Assembly (NCBI GenBank): GCA_034661055.1
Contig: JAYEKO010000054.1
Coordinates: forward strand, 1-41,964
Source: Campylobacterota bacterium
GTDB lineage: Bacteria > Campylobacterota > Campylobacteria > Campylobacterales > Sulfurimonadaceae
Direction: 5' to 3'
DNA: 41,964 nt
The notes below the pieces were generated by a model. That model did not search any database. It had not been told where the DNA came from and saw only the letters and a list, made by a program, of their open reading frames with translations. Numbering within the stretch: the first letter of the stretch is position 1; each line of letters begins with the position of its first letter. The position numbers and the translations under genes are program-made. Shown here piece by piece: positions 30,311 to 41,880 of the stretch.

Positions 30311-31402
30311 TTATTCACCCTCTACTAGTTTATGCATCAACTCTTTAACTGAAATTAGCTTATCTAATTTATAACCATTAGTACCAGAGAAGAAAAGTCC
30401 TGTTTCTGTATTTCCTAAAAAAGCATCACTAAGACGATCTGCAATACAAAAACCAACTTCTTTGGCTTCTACACCACGGTTACAAGGGGTCACACAGTTT
30501 GAAATACATTTAATAGCCGGTCCAGTCCGTGTCTCTATTAGTGAAGTTAAGTTTGTTCTAACACCTTGAGCCGGATAGCCTACAGGTGAGCCAAAGAGCT
30601 CAATATCTTTCTCCTTAGCATTAATAAGAACCTGCTTAAAATCATCATGGGCATCACATTCATGAGTACCAATAAAACGTGTTCCCATCTGAACACCTGA
30701 AGCACCAAGCGCCATCATCTCCTCTATATCACTCTTATCCCAAACACCACCGGCTGCAAAAACTGGAATATCACCCCAGTTTTTAGCCTCTTCTACCACC
30801 GGTGCTACTAAGTTTTCAAGTTGATTTTCTGGCAACTTACACTGTTCGTATGTAAACCCTTGATGCCCTCCGCTCTTAGGACCTTCTAAAATAAAAGCAT
30901 CAGGAAGACGATTGTAACGTTTTTGCCACCGTTTACAAATAATCTTCATCGCCTTTGGTGAAGAGATAATTGGGACTAGTGCAACATCAGGATATTCAGC
31001 AGTAAATTCAGGCATATTAGTTGGAAGACCAGCACCTGTAATAATAATGTCAGCACCTGCTTCACAAGCATCTTTTACAACACGACCATAATCACTCATG
31101 GCATATAAAATATTACATGCTAAAGGCTTATTACCACAGACTTTTCTCGCATTCTCAAAAATTTTCTTAAGTGCTTGAGGTGAATAGAAATTTGTCGCTT
31201 CCAAGGGACGATCAGCAACTAAACGTTCTACATGTATTTTGTTCTCATAATATCCCGTTCCTACTGCACTAATAACACCAAGTCCACCCTCTTTAGAGAC
31301 ATTTCCAGCTAATTGGTCCCAGCTAATACCAACACCCATTCCACCTTGAACAATTGGAATCTCAACACTGTATTTACCAATTTGTATTGATTTGTAGCTC
31401 AT
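30311..31402 (-). CDS. fabX: Nitronate-monooxygenase-fold flavoprotein, probable FabX acyl-ACP dehydrogenase/isomerase
   Basis: QGGMGVGIS, SGGHQG and CISNCVTPC...GFC Fe-S motifs; same tyrS-X-amiA position as Helicobacter fabX. Confidence 0.8.
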   Translation of the reverse strand: MSYKSIQIGKYSVEIPIVQGGMGVGISWDQLAGNVSKEGGLGVISAVGTGYYENKIHVERLVADRPLEATNFYSPQALKKIFENARKVCGNKPLACNILYAMSDYGRVVKDACEAGADIIITGAGLPTNMPEFTAEYPDVALVPIISSPKAMKIICKRWQKRYNRLPDAFILEGPKSGGHQGFTYEQCKLPENQLENLVAPVVEEAKNWGDIPVFAAGGVWDKSDIEEMMALGASGVQMGTRFIGTHECDAHDDFKQVLINAKEKDIELFGSPVGYPAQGVRTNLTSLIETRTGPAIKCISNCVTPCNRGVEAKEVGFCIADRLSDAFLGNTETGLFFSGTNGYKLDKLISVKELMHKLVEGE

Positions 31403-32601
31403 TATTTAACCTTCAATTTCGCAAATTTTCGTTTTCCAACTTGCAGAATATATTCACCAGATTCGAGCTGTAGTTGCTCATCACTTACTTTAATTTGATC
31501 TATTTTAACAGCACCTTGCTTAATATCTCGTCTAGCCTGTGAAGTTGATGGCTCAATTTGACACTCTTGTAACGCTTTTGCAATCCAAATTGGACCCTCA
31601 AGCTCAAATAAAGTAATATCTGTTGGTATTTGACTCTTTGCATGCACATTGTCAAATTCAGCTTTTGCACTATTTGCAGCCTCATCACCATGAAAACGTG
31701 CCACAATCTCTAACGCTAAAGACTCTTTTACTTTTTTAGGATGTAGTGTTCCATTAGTAACACCGGAATTTAGTTCTTCAATCTCATTAAGTGATTTTGT
31801 ACTTAAAAGTTCATAATATCGCCACATTAACTCATCAGAAACACTAAGCACCTTTCCAAACATATCATTTGGCTCATCAGCAACACCAATATAGTTATTG
31901 AGTGACTTACTCATCTTCTGTACGCCATCAAGTCCTTCAAGGATTGGCATCATTAAGACAGCTTGCTGCTTATTAGTTTCATAAGCACGTTGAAGATGTC
32001 GCCCCATTAGAAGATTAAACTTCTGATCTGTCCCTCCAAGTTCAACATCACTCTGTAAATAAACACTATCATATCCCTGTAGCAGTGGGTATATAAATTC
32101 ACTAATAGAGATTGATGCACCACTTTTATAACGTTTTTCAAAATCGTCACGCTCTAACATACGAGCGACATTAAATGTTGTAGTCAACTCTAACATTCCA
32201 GCGGCGCCAAGAGGGTTAATCCACTCCGAGTTAAACACTACTTCTGTCTTTTTAGGGTCTAAGATTTTAAATACCTGCTCTTTATAGCTCTTAGCATTCT
32301 CTTGTATATCAGCAGGAAGCAGCTTCTTTCGTGTCTCACTCTTACCTGTTGGGTCACCAATTTGTGCGGTAAAATCACCAATTAAAAACTGTATAGTTGC
32401 GCCAAACTTTTGAAAAGTTGCCAATTTTTGTAATAGTACAGTGTGCCCTAAATGTAAATCTGGAGCAGTTGGATCAAATCCTGCTTTCACCGTGTAGTTT
32501 TTACCCTCTTCATAATACGCTTTAAGCAACTTTACAATACGTTCTTCATCAATTATCTCTGCCGATCCACGCTGAATCTCTTTTAAAGCCTCTTTGATCA
32601 T
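31402..32601 (-). CDS. tyrS: Tyrosine--tRNA ligase
   Basis: [18 protein letters not shown] and KMSKS motifs; start corrected to ATG 32601. Confidence 0.97.
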   Translation of the reverse strand: MIKEALKEIQRGSAEIIDEERIVKLLKAYYEEGKNYTVKAGFDPTAPDLHLGHTVLLQKLATFQKFGATIQFLIGDFTAQIGDPTGKSETRKKLLPADIQENAKSYKEQVFKILDPKKTEVVFNSEWINPLGAAGMLELTTTFNVARMLERDDFEKRYKSGASISISEFIYPLLQGYDSVYLQSDVELGGTDQKFNLLMGRHLQRAYETNKQQAVLMMPILEGLDGVQKMSKSLNNYIGVADEPNDMFGKVLSVSDELMWRYYELLSTKSLNEIEELNSGVTNGTLHPKKVKESLALEIVARFHGDEAANSAKAEFDNVHAKSQIPTDITLFELEGPIWIAKALQECQIEPSTSQARRDIKQGAVKIDQIKVSDEQLQLESGEYILQVGKRKFAKLKVK

Positions 32602-32611
32602 CTCTACCCTT

Positions 32612-34780
32612 TTAACTAAATACTGTTCGATACGCATCATCAGTACGAACAAATTGTATAATTTTTATTTTTTTATCACGTTCTATTTTAGATCGAATCT
32701 GATTAATATCAGACTCTTCACTTTCAAATTCAATTTCACAATACTTTGTATGTTCTTCTTGTGTTTTACCCAACTCAATAGTAGCAATATCAAGTCCTAC
32801 TTTAGCCAAGTGAGTCAAAACATCTGCCAAAGCTCCCTTAGTGTTTTGCATACTAATAATAAGATGAAAGTGAAATGTTTTTTCTCTAACCCATTGAATA
32901 AAGAGCATCTTTTCGCCACCATCAATCATAGAAGATGCATTTTTACACATCTTATGATGCACATGAGCTTTTGAGCCCTGTAAAAAAGCTACTATCTCGT
33001 CACCACTTTTTGGATGACAACAGTAATCAAACACAAGGTCAGAAACTGCTAAATTTGTATAGATATTAAGTGCGCCAAACTGATATAACTTCAATTTAAA
33101 TCGGTGTCGTGCTAAAAAGCCTCGAAAACGACTGTTGGTTCGGATCTCATCTGTATAACGATGCAGTACTTCTTTGAAATTATCAAGTTCACGTGGTATT
33201 TTTGAACGGTGGGAGGTACAACTACAGTGCTTAAACCACTCCTCTATACGACTCATTTTAAGTCCCATTGCTGTTGCTACAATATTAACTCCACTTTTTG
33301 AATCAATATCACGAATTCGATGATTACAGTTGGTACGAATGTTACTTTTAGCACGAGATGTTTTAACCGCATCGAACCAACTACATCGGGTAATCTTCTC
33401 ATCTGATGTCACAATTTTTACTATATCACCATTGCTAAGTTCACTTAAAAGACTTGTTTTTTCTTTATTGACTAAACAGCCTTCTGCACGGTCTCCTACT
33501 TCAGAGTGTACTGCGTATGCAAAGTCTAATACCACAGCACCACGAGGGAGAGTATAAGGTTTTCCTTTTGGTGAGAATACACATATATCTTCACTATAGA
33601 GATCATTTTTAATGAGTTCATAAAAGTCTTCAACGGACTCATTTTGATACTGAAGATTCTGTAACCAGTCAAGGTTAACCTCACTTCCGGTATTTCCCTT
33701 ATATTTCCAGTGTGCAGCTACTCCCAGTTCTGCAGTCTCATGCATCTCAAACGTACGAATCTGCACCTCAAAAATAGAAGTACTTGAAAATACAGTTGTA
33801 TGTAGTGTCTGATAGCCATTATCTTTTGCAATAGCTATATAGTCTTTAAAACGTGAACTTAATGGCTGAAAGTTCAGGTGGATTAACCCTAAGACCTTGT
33901 AGCAATCTGTCGGTTTTTTAACTAAAATTCGAATTGCCAAAAGATCCAAGATCTCATCAATACCAACACCCTTACGTTGCATTTTAAGATAAATAGAGTA
34001 ATTATGCTTAACGCGACTAATAATCTCAAACTCATCATTTACAAATCCATTTTGAATGAGTAACTGATGCACACGATGTCTAAAACCATTTAACTTCACT
34101 TCATTTGCTTGATAATTGTCTTCTAGATAGGTATCAATCTCATATTTTTCATCTTTAAATAGGTACTTAAAGCTTAAGTCTTCGAGGAGGTTTTTTATAA
34201 ATGAGATACCCAAACGGTGAGCAATAGGAGCATGAACAACTAAAGTCTCTTCCGATATTCTATGCTGTTTCTCAGGTGGAAGTGCATCTAAAGTCAACAT
34301 ATTGTGAAGTCTGTCACATAGCTTAACCACCAAAACACGGACATCCTCAATAGATGCCAAAAGCATTTTACGAAATGATAGAGCTGATGCAACCAGTTTT
34401 TCATTAGAGCTTGAAGGGAGTAAATTCTCTCCACGGATTGCATCAATCTTAGTAAGTCCACCGACTAGGTGAGCAACGTCATCACCAAAAGCATCATCTA
34501 CATCTTCAATAGTAGCATAAGTGTCTTCAACTACATCATGTAATAGAGCTGCTTTAATCATTGCCTTATCTTCAGTGATAGTGGCAACTATGGAGGCAAC
34601 TAAAATGGGATGAACAACATAAGGCTCTCCGCTTTTTCGATACTGCCCATCGTGAGCCTGAATTGAGAACTCTAAAGCCTTTTGAATGTCATCAGTTTTA
34701 CGGATACACGTGTAGAGGTAAGTGGTAGCTGAGGCAACATCTTTGAGATGTTCAATTTTATTTATATCTAGTGTGCTCAA
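32612..34780 (-). CDS. spoT: Bifunctional (p)ppGpp synthetase/hydrolase
   Basis: [22 protein letters not shown] and AAHWKYK motifs; TGS and ACT domains. Confidence 0.96.
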   Translation of the reverse strand: MSTLDINKIEHLKDVASATTYLYTCIRKTDDIQKALEFSIQAHDGQYRKSGEPYVVHPILVASIVATITEDKAMIKAALLHDVVEDTYATIEDVDDAFGDDVAHLVGGLTKIDAIRGENLLPSSSNEKLVASALSFRKMLLASIEDVRVLVVKLCDRLHNMLTLDALPPEKQHRISEETLVVHAPIAHRLGISFIKNLLEDLSFKYLFKDEKYEIDTYLEDNYQANEVKLNGFRHRVHQLLIQNGFVNDEFEIISRVKHNYSIYLKMQRKGVGIDEILDLLAIRILVKKPTDCYKVLGLIHLNFQPLSSRFKDYIAIAKDNGYQTLHTTVFSSTSIFEVQIRTFEMHETAELGVAAHWKYKGNTGSEVNLDWLQNLQYQNESVEDFYELIKNDLYSEDICVFSPKGKPYTLPRGAVVLDFAYAVHSEVGDRAEGCLVNKEKTSLLSELSNGDIVKIVTSDEKITRCSWFDAVKTSRAKSNIRTNCNHRIRDIDSKSGVNIVATAMGLKMSRIEEWFKHCSCTSHRSKIPRELDNFKEVLHRYTDEIRTNSRFRGFLARHRFKLKLYQFGALNIYTNLAVSDLVFDYCCHPKSGDEIVAFLQGSKAHVHHKMCKNASSMIDGGEKMLFIQWVREKTFHFHLIISMQNTKGALADVLTHLAKVGLDIATIELGKTQEEHTKYCEIEFESEESDINQIRSKIERDKKIKIIQFVRTDDAYRTVFS

Positions 34781-34800
34781 ACTGCTGCTCTTTGTAGACG

Positions 34801-35013
34801 TTATTCTTTAACGAATCCCTTAATTGAGACAACGCCTTCAGCAATTTCCATTAATGCTAAATCTGTCGCTTTCATTGTCTTTAAATCAATGTTTAGCTTA
34901 CTTTGTGCACCATTTAAAAGCTCATCTGCACGTTTTGCTACAGCAATTGCCAACTGATATCTGTCAATTCCTTCTATATCCAAAGCTTTTGCTGTTAATG
35001 TCTCTAATCTCAT
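34801..35013 (-). CDS. rpoZ: RNA polymerase omega subunit
   Basis: DRYQLAIAVAKRA...ALMEIAEG; lies between pyrH and spoT. Confidence 0.95.
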   Translation of the reverse strand: MRLETLTAKALDIEGIDRYQLAIAVAKRADELLNGAQSKLNIDLKTMKATDLALMEIAEGVVSIKGFVKE

Positions 35014-35038
35014 TTTTTTTCCTATTTCTTAATTAATA

Positions 35039-35761
<723 letters not shown>

Positions 35762-35874
35762 TTAGCTATTTTAAAAAGTATAGGATTATAGTGAAATATC
35801 GCTTTGAAATTGCTTTGAATAAAGTTATTGATAGGATTTTGGTCTAGAGGGGGAGCTTAAAAGAGATGTTTTAA

Positions 35875-35897
35875 GATAAAAACGGGGAATCCCGTTT
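35875..35897 (-). terminator. Intrinsic terminator of the repeat lipoprotein gene
   Basis: AAACGGG-GAAT-CCCGTTT stem followed on the minus strand by a T-rich run, immediately after the stop at 35904. Confidence 0.7.
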
Positions 35898-35903
35898 CTA
35901 TGA

Positions 35904-37301
35904 TTAGAGTCCTAAAGAGCGTAGCGTATTAAGTGTCAAAGCACCTTGAGATAGTTTATTATCTTTTTGATACGCTTTTACTGCACTTTTTGTTTCATTG
36001 TTATAGATACCATTAACTTTTGTAATTTTGTACTTTTTGCTTTTTAACTCTTTTTGTAATTTTGCAATGACGTCAGCATCAGTATTTGTTTCACATAAAA
36101 TTGATTGCCATCTTAAATAAGGTTCAGATACTTGAACTTTTTTATCATACGTAGAATAAACAGCTGGAATAGTAAGTTTCTTCTCTTGTGCTGGAGTATC
36201 AATAACTTTTGTTTTTACCATTTTACAGATTCCAGGAACTTTTACCTTTTTTGTACTTGCTGGAGTCACAAGAACCTTTGCAGTTACTGTTTTGTACACT
36301 GCAGGAGTTTTAACCTCTTTTGTAAAAGCTTCTTTATCTAAAACTTTTTTCTTTACTGTTTTATACACTGCAGGAGTTTTAACCTCTTTAGTTGTCTCAG
36401 GTGAAGCTACTACTGTTTGACTTACTGTTTTATAAACAGCAGGTGAAATAACCTCTTTAGTTGATGTATCTGTGATAAGTACTTTTTTACTTACGTTCTT
36501 ATAAACAGCAGGTACATCCACAAGACACATAATCTCCCCTGTAGTATTACCGATTTTTTCAATCTCGCCTCTACCTTTTTTCCAAGTAGTATGTGCTGCT
36601 TTCACTAAGACTTTTTCACTTACAGTCTTGTAAGTTGCTGGAACTGCTACAAGCTTTGTCTTCTCTGGTTCAACCATGATTGTTTCTGTCTCAGTTGTAT
36701 AAGTAGCAGGAACAACTACAAGTTTTGTCTTCTCTGGCTCAACCATGATTGTCTCTGTAGCAGTTGTATAGGTAGCAGGGACAACTACAAGTTTAGTTTT
36801 CTCTGGTTCAACCATTACTCTTTCAGTGACAGACTTATAAGTAGCTGGAACGGTCTCTAGTTTTGTACTTGCTTCTCTAATTGAGACCTTTTGTTCAACT
36901 ACCTTATAAGTTGCTGGAATAACATTTATTTCTGTTTTAGCTTCTTTAACTAATCTCCTAACTCTCTCTTTTTCATAAGTAGCGGGCACTAAAACCTTAG
37001 CATAACACTCACCAGCTTTTGCATTTGGTGGCACTAATGAATTTGCAACGGCATTCTCATCACTACTTTCAACTAGTCTAGTATTAGCAGTTGATTTAGC
37101 TGCTAGAGCACCTGAAACTTTATCTAATTCAGATGCAGTTTTATTCTGAATTTTTTTTGCATCCTCTAACTCTTGTGTTAACCTCTGAATTTCACTATCT
37201 TTTTTAACTAAAAGATCTTCAGACATATTTTTTGTTGAACACCCTGTAGTACCTATGACTAATGCTGCTAATAGAGCAGATGTTTTAATATATTTAACCA
37301 T
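35904..37301 (-). CDS. Lipoprotein with twelve 23-aa repeats and a C-terminal peptidoglycan-binding domain
   Basis: Lipobox TTGC; PATY/PAVY repeats; LQKELK...NGIYNNETKSAVKAYQ...TLRSLGL PG-binding pattern. Confidence 0.85.
   Translation of the reverse strand: MVKYIKTSALLAALVIGTTGCSTKNMSEDLLVKKDSEIQRLTQELEDAKKIQNKTASELDKVSGALAAKSTANTRLVESSDENAVANSLVPPNAKAGECYAKVLVPATYEKERVRRLVKEAKTEINVIPATYKVVEQKVSIREASTKLETVPATYKSVTERVMVEPEKTKLVVVPATYTTATETIMVEPEKTKLVVVPATYTTETETIMVEPEKTKLVAVPATYKTVSEKVLVKAAHTTWKKGRGEIEKIGNTTGEIMCLVDVPAVYKNVSKKVLITDTSTKEVISPAVYKTVSQTVVASPETTKEVKTPAVYKTVKKKVLDKEAFTKEVKTPAVYKTVTAKVLVTPASTKKVKVPGICKMVKTKVIDTPAQEKKLTIPAVYSTYDKKVQVSEPYLRWQSILCETNTDADVIAKLQKELKSKKYKITKVNGIYNNETKSAVKAYQKDNKLSQGALTLNTLRSLGL
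36120..36986 (-). repeat. Intragenic 69-bp tandem repeats
   Basis: ttctctggYtcaaccat recurs at 36661, 36730 and 36799; tacactgcaggagttttaacctcttt recurs 69 bp apart near 36295 and 36364. Confidence 0.9.
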
Positions 37302-37439
37302 TACTATTTCTCCTGTTATTTAATATAAATGTAATAATAACAAACAAAAAATAAAATAACAATAAAATATATTAACATTAATATAATTTTAACATTTTAC
37401 ATAAATAATAAAAAATAATTACATATTTTAAAATTACTA

Positions 37440-37448
37440 TGTTATAAT
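37440..37448 (+). promoter_or_regulatory. Extended -10 promoter (TGtTATAAT) of the OmpA-family gene
   Basis: Consensus match followed by AAGGAG RBS and TTG start. Confidence 0.65.
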
Positions 37449-37482
37449 TCCAATCAACAAATATCATTTCAAGGAGTAGACG

Positions 37483-37962
37483 TTGAAAAAAATTCTAGTT
37501 TCATCGTTAATTAGTACAATAGCACTACTAAGTAGTATCCAAGCACAAGACTGTATTATGGTTGAGGATTTAAACGTAGAGTTTAAAAATGCATCAACTG
37601 TATATATGAACAACACAGAAAAACAAGAAGTTGTTAATTTTGCAAAATTTCTAAAAGACACAGACCTTTATGCTGTAATAGAAGGGCATACAAGTTCTAC
37701 TGCATCGGCAAAATATAACTATGACTTGTCAACTTCACGAGCAGTAAAAGTACTCAGTACTTTAAAAGAACTAGGTGTCAATTCTAGTCATGTTAGAGCA
37801 ATGGGATTTGGAGAGAGTTCTCCTCTATATAACAATGACACCAATGAAGGTGCAAAAAATAGAAGAGTAATCGCAGAAGTCTTTAATACTAAGGCAGAGT
37901 TAAATGATTACATTTTATCAGAAAAGTCACGTATTAAGAATATTAAATATACAGAACAGTAA
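37483..37962 (+). CDS. OmpA-like (peptidoglycan-associated) domain protein
   Basis: Signal peptide; IEGHT, YNYDLSTSRA, GFGESSP and KNRRV motifs. Confidence 0.9.
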   Translation: MKKILVSSLISTIALLSSIQAQDCIMVEDLNVEFKNASTVYMNNTEKQEVVNFAKFLKDTDLYAVIEGHTSSTASAKYNYDLSTSRAVKVLSTLKELGVNSSHVRAMGFGESSPLYNNDTNEGAKNRRVIAEVFNTKAELNDYILSEKSRIKNIKYTEQ

Positions 37963-37978
37963 GATAACACCCTCCCTA

Positions 37979-38050
37979 TTGCGGCTCTAAATTCACTTAG
38001 TGCCGCAAGAAACAGTGATTTATCTAAAATAGTAGATAAATTATCTTTTT
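37979..38050 (+). terminator. Tandem hairpins after the OmpA-family gene
   Basis: TTGCGGC...GCCGCAA (37979-38008) and TTTATCTA...TAGATAAA (38019-38040), then a T-rich tract. Confidence 0.55.
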
Positions 38051-38137
38051 TAATTTTTTAATGATACAAATTTAACTAGAATGTCTTTATTACATGTAAA
38101 ACACCTATTAAGGTATAAATAAAGGATATTTTATATT

Positions 38138-40099
38138 ATGAACAAAGTCCCCTTTTTAAACTTTCAAATTAATCTTGATACTTTTAATAAAACCCTACAA
38201 TCAACACTTATTAGCAACGAAGATATAATTGAGACACTTCTATGCATTGAGAAAAAACAGTATGATAATTTCATTAAACCCTTTGAGATGCTTGACGAAT
38301 ATCTTTCACAGCTCTTTACACCACTTGCACATATTAATGCAGTGAAAAATTCTGAATTGACTCAAAAAGTTTACGCAGATGCTTTACCAATTATTACTAA
38401 ATACTCTACAAAAATTAGCCAAAATATTGATATTTATAAGGCATTTAAACAAATTAAAACTGAGGAATATACGCAATTAAATAGTGAGCAACAACGTATT
38501 ATTGATCTTAATATTTTAAACTTTGAACTTAGTGGTGCACACCTAGATACCAAGACAAAAGAGCGACTTGAAGTTATAAACTTACGAAAAAGCACTCTGA
38601 CCAATGACTTCTCACAAAACCTTCTTGATGCCACAAATGCATATGAAAAAATTATTGAGAAAGAAGATGATGTTAAAGGTATTCCCCAAAGCGATTTAGA
38701 TGTTGCTAGATTTGAGGTAGATGGAAAAACCAAATACCGATTTACACTTCAAATGCCCTCTTATATCGCCTATATGACCTACGGGTCAAATCGTAATATT
38801 CGAGAAGATCTTTATAAGGCATATACCACTCGCGCACCACAAAACGAAGCTATAATTGATGAGTTAATGCAGCTGCGCCAAGAGATGGCAAAGCTACTTG
38901 GATTTGAAAACTATAGTCAATACTCTATTGCATCTAAAATGGCTGAAAAAAATAGTGATGTTATCAATTTTTTAGAACGTCTTTCAACTGCTGCACTGCA
39001 TCAAGCACACCAAGAGTTACAAGAGCTTCAGGAGAGTACTAACATCAAAAAGCTAGAAAGCTTTGATACCTCCTACTATAGTGAAATTCTTAAAAAAAAT
39101 TCTTACGATATAGATCAAGAACTATTTCGTCCCTATTTTGAGCAACATAGTGTTGTTAATGGACTTTTTAATTTCTTACATAAACTCTTTAATATTGAGT
39201 TCAAAAAAGCACAAACATCCCTTTGGGACACAAAAGCAAGTGCTTATGATTTACATGTAAATTCTAAGCTAATAGCTCGGCTTTATTTTGACTTAGAAGC
39301 ACGTAAAGGCAAACGTGGAGGAGCTTGGATGCATAACTGGCAGAGTCACTGTCAAGATGAGTATGGTAATGAAATTAAAGCATCTGCATTTGTTGTTTGT
39401 AACTTTCCAGCTTCAAGTAAAACATCTCCTTCACTTTTGAGGCATGATGATGTCGTGACTCTTTTTCATGAGATGGGGCATGCACTACATCATATGATGT
39501 CAGAAGTCAATGAAAATGGAGTTAGCGGGGTTAATGGTGTGGAGTGGGATGCTGTAGAGTTTCCATCACAATTTTTAGAAAACTTTGCATATGAACCTAA
39601 AGTGCTTCAGATGTTTGCAAAACACCATAAGACCAAAGAAATTTTATCAGATGAGATGATAGAAAAATTAGTTCGTGCTAAAAATTTCCAATCAGCACTT
39701 TCAATGCTACGTCAATTAGAGTTTTCTCTCTTTGACTTTAAGCTTCATATGAAACAACACTCTGGAGATGAAATACAGGACCTCTTAGACAGTATTCGTG
39801 ACAAAAATGCACTTATTAAGCCTCCAGAATATAACAAATTTCAAAATGGATTTGCCCATATTTTTGCAGGTGGCTATGCTGCAGGATATTATAGCTATAA
39901 ATGGGCTGAAGTTTTAAGTGCAGACGCTTTCTTTTCTATTGTAGACGAGGGAGTATTTGGCTCTAAAACTGCACAAGATTATTATGATATTATTTTAAAA
40001 AATGGCGGTGCAAAAAGTATGAAAGTACTTTTTGAAAGTTTTCTCCACAGGGATCCAGATGTCAACAATTTATTACGCTTAAATGGTATAAATGCATAG
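38138..40099 (+). CDS. prlC: M3 family metallopeptidase (oligopeptidase A)
   Basis: KRGGAWM, FHEMGHALHH, DAVEFPSQ and GYAAGYYSYKWAE motifs. Confidence 0.92.
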   Translation: MNKVPFLNFQINLDTFNKTLQSTLISNEDIIETLLCIEKKQYDNFIKPFEMLDEYLSQLFTPLAHINAVKNSELTQKVYADALPIITKYSTKISQNIDIYKAFKQIKTEEYTQLNSEQQRIIDLNILNFELSGAHLDTKTKERLEVINLRKSTLTNDFSQNLLDATNAYEKIIEKEDDVKGIPQSDLDVARFEVDGKTKYRFTLQMPSYIAYMTYGSNRNIREDLYKAYTTRAPQNEAIIDELMQLRQEMAKLLGFENYSQYSIASKMAEKNSDVINFLERLSTAALHQAHQELQELQESTNIKKLESFDTSYYSEILKKNSYDIDQELFRPYFEQHSVVNGLFNFLHKLFNIEFKKAQTSLWDTKASAYDLHVNSKLIARLYFDLEARKGKRGGAWMHNWQSHCQDEYGNEIKASAFVVCNFPASSKTSPSLLRHDDVVTLFHEMGHALHHMMSEVNENGVSGVNGVEWDAVEFPSQFLENFAYEPKVLQMFAKHHKTKEILSDEMIEKLVRAKNFQSALSMLRQLEFSLFDFKLHMKQHSGDEIQDLLDSIRDKNALIKPPEYNKFQNGFAHIFAGGYAAGYYSYKWAEVLSADAFFSIVDEGVFGSKTAQDYYDIILKNGGAKSMKVLFESFLHRDPDVNNLLRLNGINA

Positions 40100-41111
40100 A
40101 TTATTTCTAATTATTCTATTGTCAAATATACTACTAGCAGGAGATATGGTGAGAGTAGCAAGTTATAATGTTGAAAACCTCTTTGATATGCAAGTCAGTG
40201 GCTCAGAATATCATGAATATATTCCTAACACTTCTTGGAAATGGAATAAAACAAACTATAAAAAAAAGCTACATAACATAGGAAAAGTCATTCATGATAT
40301 GCAGTGTGATATTATCTCACTACAAGAGATTGAATCACGTTCTGCACTACGAGCATTGCAAAAAGAACTCAAAAGACAAGGAAGCTATTTTCCTCACATA
40401 TCTATAACCACCAAAAAAAAGACCACTGTTCATGTAGCTATACTATCTAAATATCCCATCATCTACTCCAAAGAACTTTCTGTAACATCAAGTAGAAAAT
40501 ACAGAGATATCCTAGAGACAAAAGTAAAAATAGGCTCTAATAGTCTCTATATTTTTTCTAATCACTGGAAAGCAAAAAGTGGTGCTGAAAGTAGGAGAAT
40601 TATATCGGCTAAAGCACTGCAACGACGCTTATTAAATTTAGGACATAATAAGTCAATAATTCTTCTAGGTGATTTTAACAGTCACTACGAAGAGTATCTA
40701 ACATTTAAAAGACGTCGTAAACATAATGATACAAAAGGAATGACAGGAATAAATCATATTTTAAATACTATTATTAATAATGAACCCACTACACTTAAAT
40801 CACTTTCTACATGTAAAAACTGCAGCTACAATTTATGGTATGAACTTGAGACATCCAGACGATGGACTCACAAATATAGATCTTATAAAGAAGCACTTGA
40901 TAGCATCATAATTACTAAAGGTCTATTCAACAATATAGGCATAGACTATATAGACAACAGCTTTAACCGGTTTGATCCTAAATATCTTCTTAAACGTAAC
41001 AAACCATATCGTTGGCAACGAACTAAAAATTACCCAAAACACCATACTGGAAAAGGTTATTCTGACCATCTTCCTATCTACGCAGACTTTAAGATTATAA
41101 GCACCAATTAA
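40092..41111 (+). CDS. Secreted endonuclease/exonuclease/phosphatase family protein
   Basis: Signal peptide; SYNVENLFD, LQEIE, NHWK, LGDFN and YSDHLP motifs. Confidence 0.9.
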   Translation: MHRLFLIILLSNILLAGDMVRVASYNVENLFDMQVSGSEYHEYIPNTSWKWNKTNYKKKLHNIGKVIHDMQCDIISLQEIESRSALRALQKELKRQGSYFPHISITTKKKTTVHVAILSKYPIIYSKELSVTSSRKYRDILETKVKIGSNSLYIFSNHWKAKSGAESRRIISAKALQRRLLNLGHNKSIILLGDFNSHYEEYLTFKRRRKHNDTKGMTGINHILNTIINNEPTTLKSLSTCKNCSYNLWYELETSRRWTHKYRSYKEALDSIIITKGLFNNIGIDYIDNSFNRFDPKYLLKRNKPYRWQRTKNYPKHHTGKGYSDHLPIYADFKIISTN

Positions 41112-41769
41112 TTGGTTCTATATTTTGAGACTCTAAATATGCATTTGTAGTAGAGAATGGTTTAGATCCAAAAAACCCTCTGTAAGATGAAAGTGGTGAT
41201 GGGTGTGGTGCCTTTAATATTAAATGTTTTGTCTCATCAATCAAAGAAGATTTCATCTGAGCTAGTTTACCCCATAAAATAAACACTACATGATCTTTTT
41301 TTTCACTTATTTTTTGAATTACTGCACCTGTAAACTGTTCCCAACCTTGACCCCTATGAGAATTGGCTTGTGATGCACGAACACTAAGCACTGCATTGAT
41401 TAAAAACACACCTTCTTCTGCCCAGTGAGTGAGCATACCACTTTTAGGTATAGCGCAACCAATATCATCAAGCAACTCTTTAAAAATATTTTTTAGTGAA
41501 GGAGGATGCATAATGCCATCTTGAACTGAAAAACATAAACCATGTGCCTGTCCAGAACCATGATAAGGATCTTGCCCCAAAATAACAACTTTTATATCTT
41601 TAAAAGAGGTGATATTAAAAGCACTAAATATATCATCACATTTTGGATAGATATCATACTGCTTTTTTTCAGATAATAAGAACTCTTTTAAAGAGAAAAA
41701 ATATGGTTTTTTAAATTCGTCATCTAAAAGATGAAGCCATTCGCTGGTGAGTTTAGGATTAATTGTCAT
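41095..41769 (-). CDS. ung: Uracil-DNA glycosylase, family 1
   Basis: GQDPYH, PPSL and HPSPLS motifs. Confidence 0.97.
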   Translation of the reverse strand: MTINPKLTSEWLHLLDDEFKKPYFFSLKEFLLSEKKQYDIYPKCDDIFSAFNITSFKDIKVVILGQDPYHGSGQAHGLCFSVQDGIMHPPSLKNIFKELLDDIGCAIPKSGMLTHWAEEGVFLINAVLSVRASQANSHRGQGWEQFTGAVIQKISEKKDHVVFILWGKLAQMKSSLIDETKHLILKAPHPSPLSSYRGFFGSKPFSTTNAYLESQNIEPINWCL

Positions 41770-41880
41770 TGAAGTACTTTAATAAGAAATATATATTTTA
41801 AATTATACATGTAAAACATAAACCAAAAAATTAAAAGTAAGCTAATTGCGAAAAAGATGATAATAGATTAAATCCAAAAA

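Noticed and set aside
14325..32652. Long N-terminal overlaps implied by the ORF track (14325, 16727, 17427, 32652)
   Set aside because: Downstream ATGs (14373, 16808, 17466, 32601) give family-typical N-termini and ordinary short overlaps or gaps.
36120..36986. 69-bp periodic repeats as a possible CRISPR array
   Set aside because: They are degenerate in-frame coding repeats without unique spacers, and there are no cas genes.
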